DNA of 63,982 nt, filler included, from an uncultured bacterium (GTDB taxonomy: Bacteria > CAZDME01 > JAYEMH01), in NCBI GenBank assembly GCA_964506785.1. It is 6 parts of 6 records of this genome, joined end to end, with 100 filler letters (N's around TTAATTAATTAA, not from the genome) between each part and the next. Parts side by side here need not be neighbours in the genome. Positions count along the whole stretch, not along the records: positions 56,852 to 63,982 come from CAZDME010000063.1; 5 more parts are not named here. One strand, written 5' to 3'. The first letter of the stretch is position 1. The number at the start of each line of letters is the position of its first letter. The position numbers and the translations under genes are program-made. Under the pieces are notes generated by a model. That model was not told where the DNA came from, did not search any database, and saw only the letters and a list, made by a program, of their open reading frames with translations. Positions 56,853-63,982 of the stretch are shown here, piece after piece.

Positions 56853-59800
56853 GATGAAAATGGCAGCAGCTATTTGAGTGATACTGGTGCGATATTGGAA
56901 GTGGAAAACGGAATAACTGGAGAGTTTGTCATTAATGGGACAACAACTGAAGGTAACTTGACCGAAGGCTATGAAGACTACACCCTTTATTTTACCGGTG
57001 ATCTAACGCCGAGTGATATAAGCGGAGTGCATACCATTAGCGGCACTGAAACTGAAGGTAGTCTTAATTATGCCGATAACTATCGAGAAGAATATTTTCG
57101 TGGATTAGAAGAACCCTGTATTACTGGAACCGTTACCGTTAACGGTACCGCCGAAGATGGAACAAAGGTAGACGAAACCTACAATTTTAATGATACTGTA
57201 AAAACTACGCCTTTAGAAAACGGCGGAGAACAGCTTAAACATACCATTGACAGAAGCGTTACAAAAAATAATGGAATTACGGAGGAGCTCCCCTGGGCAT
57301 ATACGTATAGCTATAATGAATGGGTACGGGAAGCCGAGTTGAATGCTACCTATACCACTTCCGCACCAGGAATCATTAATCTAAGCTATGACAAAAATGA
57401 AACCATTAATACTACCGGCGGGCAAACTATAAAATATGATTCAGAAGGTAGAATTTTATATACCCATTCTAAATCTTCTTCTACCAGTCATGTTTCTTAT
57501 ACTCTTGATGATTCTAATTTTGTCCTTAATGATCCTGATTACCGCTTCGAAGACGCAAATCAACGTTTATTTATGGAGCCCCTCATGGAAAAGAAGATAG
57601 GTGAAATCTGGCACGACTTTACCTCATCTTCAGGCAGGTTGCAAGATTACACTACTAAATCTTCCAATTGGAATACAGGTGACTATAATTGGGGGATAGA
57701 CGGTAGTTTGGAAATAAGAACACAAGGCGGTTCATCCATTTCTGGTAATCATTGGGCTATCGAAGGTGGAGGTGCACAAATTGCCTTTTGTGGTAATACG
57801 GACAATAATTTTTCAGTAATCCAGAAATTTGATGCAAACGGAAACAGGACTTTTTATAAAACTGATTCCAATACTACCGGACAGGTTGACTGGCAGGCAA
57901 CCGTTTCATTGTCTTATTGGGAAAAAGAGCCTGAAATTAAAGAAGTCTATGACCGCGGTGATCTTATATCACCACATATTTCTCATTATCAATTGCTCTC
58001 AAGCACACAAGTCGAAAATCTTTCCGGGAGTTATGCGGTTAATAATGAATCTTCCTTTACAGAAAGTAACAAGTATTTTGAAGAAACAAACCAGCTTAGA
58101 AGCCACGAAGAAAATTGGAAGTCTTCTCTTAACTATGATTGGACGGGCACCAACCCCGATAATCTTGTCTATGCCTGGCAGGGTAATCATGTCGGTCCGG
58201 CTGATGTCAGTACAAGCGGCCATGAATATGAAGCTTTTACCCCAAATGGCCAGCGTCATACACATATTAAAGATAATGATACTATAGAATATTCTATTCC
58301 TTATTTTACTGGTGAGTGGAACGTTCAAAGCGGTGCAAGACGAGAAAGCCAGGGTGAAGGGGAGTATATTGAGATACCTTTTTGGCAGGTCTTCGGTTAC
58401 CAGGGTGAACTTGCCTATGCCTCCGGCTATCGGACGGAAATAGACAAAGAAATTATTCCTCTTGATGAGAAGGGACATTTACAGGCCGAAGGAGCAGTTT
58501 CTTTCCATCAAGTAAGTGGTGTTGATGCCTGGGTTGAATGTGACATTGATGAATCTTATAGCTGGCCCCGTGACCTGGCAGAAATTGATAAGGCGGCAGA
58601 TTTAAATCTTCATGTTAATGATGTCATTAATGGTCTTACCGAAGATTACTGTGGTCCTTTTATCCAGAACCAGGGGCAATCTTATTCCCAGGGGCAATCT
58701 CATTATGTTGGCTTGCAGGCGAAAACCGCCCCTATTGGTGATAGTCCGGATGGCTATACGGTAAACCGAGAGTATCTTAATTTTGCATACGAAGGTGACA
58801 CTTTAGTTGGCTTCAGCTATCTTGGAAACGATACCCGCATCCCTGATAAGAACGAAGAGCATAGTATAGTTATAAATTATGATGAAACCTCCGGCCTGCC
58901 AATTGGATATACAGAAACTGTTACCGAAAAATTCTTAGAAGAAGATAGTCTGGTAGAGCTTGAGCCGACCACAGAGACACACGAGTTTAATTATAATACC
59001 AATATAGCTGGTTTAACCTATAATCCTTTTACTTTTCAATATCAACCTTATCTATTAGGCTCAACTTCAGATAGTGTCATAACTGATGAGACGGTAACTA
59101 TTGTTGATAGCAGCTCCCCGGCATTAACGACAGTAATTACAATTAGCCACGGCGAGGAAGGGACGACAAACGATTATCATGTATTTGGTGTTGACCCTCA
59201 AGGAGAAGCTAAAGTTAATGAAAATACCGGGGAAATCAGCTATTCGCCCGCCTCTGTAGATTATAGCTATACCGTTACTACCCAGCCGCTTCATAGCGAT
59301 TTGTTTGGGCGGACTACTGTTGTCTCTCAAACTACTACTCCAATTGAAAATGGCCAGCCGGGAGACTCCAATACCCAAATCATCCTATATGATTTTCATA
59401 ATAATGACCGTCTCTCGGGAGAGACGATATTTGAAAATGGACTGCCGGTTTATCTCCAGCAAAATATGCAATACAATTCACTGGGAGATGTAATTAACTA
59501 TCGTTTCTGGAATAGACCTGAGGTTAATGATGGCCGCTCCTACCTTAGCAAAAATACACATCCTACCCTTGGTCCTTCCTGGGGTACCTGGAAAGCAGAT
59601 AGCTTTAATAGCGCCGGACAGGTAATTGATTCCACCGTTGAGTACGCTCCGTATTGGAGTGCGGATATGGGTATGGTCAAGGAGCAATGGTTCAGGAATT
59701 TTGATGTTGAGTATAACCAATTGGGTCTGGTTTCTTCTGAAAAGGTTACCTCATATATTCATTGTGAACCTCCGGGATTGAAATATTATAAAAAGGAAGA

Positions 59801-61905
59801 GACAAGTCTCCAGGGTTACCAGTATGATGCCCAGGGGATAAAAATAGAAGATGAGACTTATAAACATATTATTGATAGCTGGGAGAAAAAGAAAGTTAAA
59901 AAAGGTAGTTTCATCTCTCGGATGGTGCCGATTGTCTTTTCAATAGCAGCTGTGGCTATTTGTTATTATGTGGCCGGGCCGATTGCAGGTAAAATTGCTG
60001 GGACTACGGTTGCTGCTGGGGCTAGTGTTAGTGCTACTATTGCGGCTACTTCTTCTTTATCAGCAACCATGGCCGGATTCGGTATCGCCGGATTTACCGG
60101 TGGCCTTATGACCGGTTTGGCTTCGGGACAGGAAATTGGCAAGGCTTTTCGTTCCGGTCTTTTTGCCGGGGCAACGGCGGCCGCTTTGGTTGGGGTGGGA
60201 CAGTGGATTAAGAATTCCGAATGGGCCGAAAAAATCAAAGGTGCTTATACAGCAGGGAAACAAGGGGCCGACATAGCTGTCGATGCCAAGTGGTATATGA
60301 AAGCCGCATATAGCGCTGGAAAGACTGTGGCTAAAATTAACCAGGGTTTAAAAGTTGTTACCGATAGTAATGTCTGGAAGAATATTGTAACCAAACCTTT
60401 GGATATTTTCGGGGATTCTATTTCTAAATATTATAGCCATTCCGGCACCAGTCTCCAGAGCGATATAATCGCTTCTTTTGTCGATACGGGAGTGAATATT
60501 GCCACTTATAAAGGAATAGAGTCTTTGGGCTTTAACGATACCTGGACCAATATTTTAAGCGGGGCAATGACCGGTGGATTTATGAGTCTCGATGGGACAA
60601 CTACTCTGGGACAGGGCTTGGCGCAAGGGGCAATTTTTTCGGCCATGGATGAAATTGGCGGAGATTTTGGCGGCTTTAAGAACGTAATTACCACTGCTTT
60701 AGTTGGTGGTGTTGGGGCTGCGTTAGATGCTAAACCGGAGACAAATTTCACAGAGGCCTTCTTTAGCCGAGAAAACCTGGGAGAGACGATTTATACATTA
60801 GTTCAGAATATTGGGGAAAATACCTTTGACATGACGTCTATTCAAAGCGGTTTTGTTGGTTTGAATATAAGGTCGCATTTCAATCAGAGTCCTGAGACTG
60901 CTTTTATCTCCGGTTTGGTTAATTTTGGAATCAGTTCGACTATTCAGGCGGCAACCGACAAGAGCTGGGATGAGCTTTCTGTCGGACAGAAGCTCTTAAC
61001 CGGGGCGATAACCAATGCCGCCACCGGCTTATTCTTAGCCGGGGTAACCGGGATAAAAGCAAACGATGATGAAGCTAAAATATCTTTTAGCCAAAGTCTT
61101 TTAAACGCAGTTTTTGATCCTTTTACCTATGGCACATATTCGAGCCTCGGCTCATTCACCAACTACTTGGGTAGCGTAATTAATTTAGGAAACAGTATTA
61201 TCGAAGACGGCTTTAGTGACGCCTTTGGTAGCCATATTGCCGATATCTGGATTAGCCAGTCAACAAGTAACCTCATGGAAGCTAAAAAGCGTGGCCTTGG
61301 TTTTGATTATGAGGGTAAACATTTCGATTTTAAAGGATTCGCTGGCAAAGATAATGAATTTAGCGTCTATGCTGTCCCTGGAGAAAAAGGTGATGATTAC
61401 CGAATGACTTTAGATCAGAGTGGCAGAACCGTTGCCATTGCCGATTATGTCAATAACAATATCTGGATGAAAGATTATGATAATAACCAGATTACGGTTA
61501 TTCATACAGATAACAAATCTGCGACAACCACTACCCAAAAAGGTAAAGATGATGATAATGACGGGAACTTAAGCATTAACGAAGTAGATACAATGAACTT
61601 TATGGGTGCTGGGGGGGCAGAGGAGATTTATAGAAGCGGGGGAGAAATACCTGGTTCTTACGGGGAGAGTCTTTTTATCTTTAATTCTCTAAATGGTCTT
61701 GAAAGCTTACAATTCAATCCAGACGGCAGTTTATTCTCCACTATTTCTAAATCTCCTGCCGGTGATTTTAGCCAGACTTTCTACCGGAGTGAGATTGATT
61801 CGGTAACTGGAAAAGAGAATAAATGGATAGAGGCGATAAATATACATGCTGATGGAACCGGCATGACTTTTAGCCAATACGCTGATGGTCCGATTAAAGT
61901 AACCA
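56853..61905 (+). CDS. Giant extracellular-type protein, internal fragment 1 (open at both ends)
   Basis: No stop from contig edge to gap; acidic Thr/Tyr-rich region, YD-like turns, then Gly/Ala-rich hydrophobic segments. Confidence 0.85.
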
Positions 61906-62005
61906 NNNNNNNNNNNNNNNNNNNNNNNNNNNNNNNNNNNNNNNNNNNNNNNNNNNNNNNNNNNNNNNNNNNNNNNNNNNNNNNNNNNNNNNNNNNNNNN
62001 NNNNN
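61906..62005. other. 100-N scaffold gap
   Basis: Pure N run; 61705-61836 recurs at 62006-62137. Confidence 0.95.
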
Positions 62006-62007
62006 GC

Positions 62008-63981
62008 TTACAATTCAATCCAGACGGCAGTTTATTCTCCACTATTTCTAAATCTCCTGCCGGTGATTTTAGCCAGACTTTCTACCGGAGTGAGATTGAT
62101 TCGGTAACTGGAAAAGAGAATAAATGGATAGAGGCGACAACAATTAATGCTGATGGCAGTTCTCAAGAAACTAAGATTTTTAAAGATTTCAACTACACAA
62201 CTTTTTACAATACCGATGGAACGGTCAAAGTAACTCAGGCTCTATATAACCGGACTGAAACTGACCCGGCGACTGGGGAAGAAAATAAGTGGACAGAAGT
62301 TAGAATTACCGATGGGAAGGGTACCTTGTTGGCAGAGACCAAGATTTTTGGAGATTTTAAGTATACAAATTTCTACAATACCGATGGAACGGCTAAGGGA
62401 ACCCTGACTGAATACTATCAGAACGGTCAGTGGATCAAAAAAGAAGAAGAGAAAAAAGATCCAAATATTGAAGAGGTTATGAATGGGTATAATGCCGCGC
62501 TTATCGCTAATGATTCTGCCTGGGACGATACGGGTGCCAGTGTTGGTAAAGGTAGGCCCGCCGAACCAGCTCCTTGGTCTGAGGTCTGGGCAGGGATTGA
62601 AGATAAATTAAGAACTGTATTTACGCAGGATAAGGAGATGAAACCCAGCGCTGAGTCTATTGACGAAGCCAATGAAATCGGCGCGCCTATTCCTGATTTT
62701 TCTAAAGAAGAGCCGGCTGATAGAGAACAAGCTGATAAAGAAGAAAAGAAGGGATTCTGGGGGACAATTAAAAGTATATTTAGTTCTCCGAAATCTACCG
62801 AGCCCAGTCGTGAATCCATCGAAGCAGCCAATGAAATCGGCGCACCCATTCCCCAAGTAGATGGGGATAAAACTTACGGAGCCGAGGATTTAATTAGCGG
62901 TTTATCAGATACGAGTACGGGTGAAGAAAAATATCCGCACACAAAAATAATGGATTCGGCCCTTCATGCTTCAGACGGATACGACCCGGAGGCTCTTGGG
63001 GTAGATTCCTCGGGAGAAAAACAGATATCGCCAGAGGCAATTAATCCCGGAGGTTATGTTGACTTTGCTCCAGTGTTTAATTTTTTCACAGAGAGTTTTG
63101 ATACAGCTAAAACTAACACGGCTAAAGCAATTGATGGATTCACACAAATATTTACGGAGTTTGATAATATAGTTCAGACCATAATGTATGCTGGAGCATA
63201 TCAGCTAAATTTAGGCCTGGCTGATTTAGCTTATTTCGTAGGATTTGATAGCGCCGGGGATTATTGTTCAGGAAAGGCAGAAGCCTGGGAAGAACTGGCT
63301 ACGCCTGTTTTGGAAAATAGTTCTTCGGCAAATTTTGTAAATTCTATCTTCTTAAAGCCACCTATTATATCTGCTAATGGACTAATTGCAATGTTAGGTG
63401 GTGCGGCTATACTGGGCTTAGACGCAGCTGGTTATAATGAAACTGCGGGTAATTTATCATTATTTCTGGAGCCTTATATTAATACTTTCACCGGCGGGGC
63501 CACGCCTACAACCTCTCATTTGACAGAAGTTGATAGTTATCAATTAGGCTGGCAGTTAGCTCAATTGGGTGTAAAGGTGTCCGGTCAGCTTCAAGGGACA
63601 TCTTTAGAAGAGTTAGAGGCCTGGATTGGTCAGGAAGATTTAACGCCAGAGGTTGAGGCTTTACTTACAACTTACAGCGAAGGGATGGCTGCTTATAATG
63701 CTCAGCTTTTAGATGGCGAGACGACATTCGGTTTTTGGGACGCAGCATGGCGAATGGCTTCTTCAACTTTTATAACTTTAGCCCCTTTTACCACAGGTAT
63801 TTTAAATATTGCCAAGGTCTTCAAACCTATCAATTTGGCGAAAGGAAAATCAGGCTGGTTTGCTAACGCCGCCTTGACCTTTGCTAAAAACTATGCCTTG
63901 GTTGAAGGGACAAAATATACGCCTTTTTATAAAAACCTTAATCAGGAATGGAAGAATGTTTTTGATACAGCCGGCGCAACA
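62008..63981 (+). CDS. Giant protein, internal fragment 2 (absent from ORF track; open to the window end)
   Basis: Manual translation gives no stop from LQFNPDGSLFS to QEWKNVFDTAGAT (658 codons). Confidence 0.85.
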
Positions 63982-63982
63982 T

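Noticed and set aside
62006-62051. Stop codon ending the 1725-aa ORF at 62051
   Set aside because: Frame artefact of the arbitrary 100-N gap; the coding frame resumes at 62008.

Overview
The window is six short contigs joined by artificial 100-bp linkers (N44-TTAATTAATTAA-N44), plus one 100-N scaffold gap, so gene order across linkers means nothing. Gene content points to an anaerobic diderm bacterium; an Omnitrophota-like/PVC-type draft genome is an inference only. Contig 1 (1-12242) is a surface-polysaccharide locus: carbamoyltransferase with SxtJ/SxtK-like partners, Wzm/Wzt, glycosyltransferases, a deacetylase and an aminotransferase. Contig 2 (12343-24268) holds tRNA-His, tRNA-Arg and tRNA-Pro, a small GIY-YIG gene flanked by a duplicated tRNA 5' half, a B12 radical SAM enzyme, AsmA, and a yicC-gmk-rpoZ-coaC-coaB-fumarase-rph-rdgB operon with a palindromic insert; it ends in a probable IS end. 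Contig 3 (24369-35170) is a Pho locus with two matching Pho-box promoters, small ORFs, a porin and pstSCAB-arsC-phoU. Contig 4 (35271-45965) has a GH94 phosphorylase, two clan GH-A hydrolases, three paralogues of a Trp/Cys-rich TPR-like repeat family and an ECF sigma/anti-sigma pair, with three copies of a GGGAAC-N17/18-GTCTAA promoter. Contig 5 (46066-56751) is a Fur-box-headed NifX/DUF5320/Mrp/ferredoxin-ATPase cluster resembling the orange-protein locus. Contig 6 (56852-63982) is an internal fragment of a giant protein (>2300 codons, open at both ends). The strongest candidates for something new are the ECF-controlled repeat-protein/glycan module, the tRNA-half/GIY-YIG unit and the giant protein. 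All family assignments are from motif recognition by eye; no database search was run.
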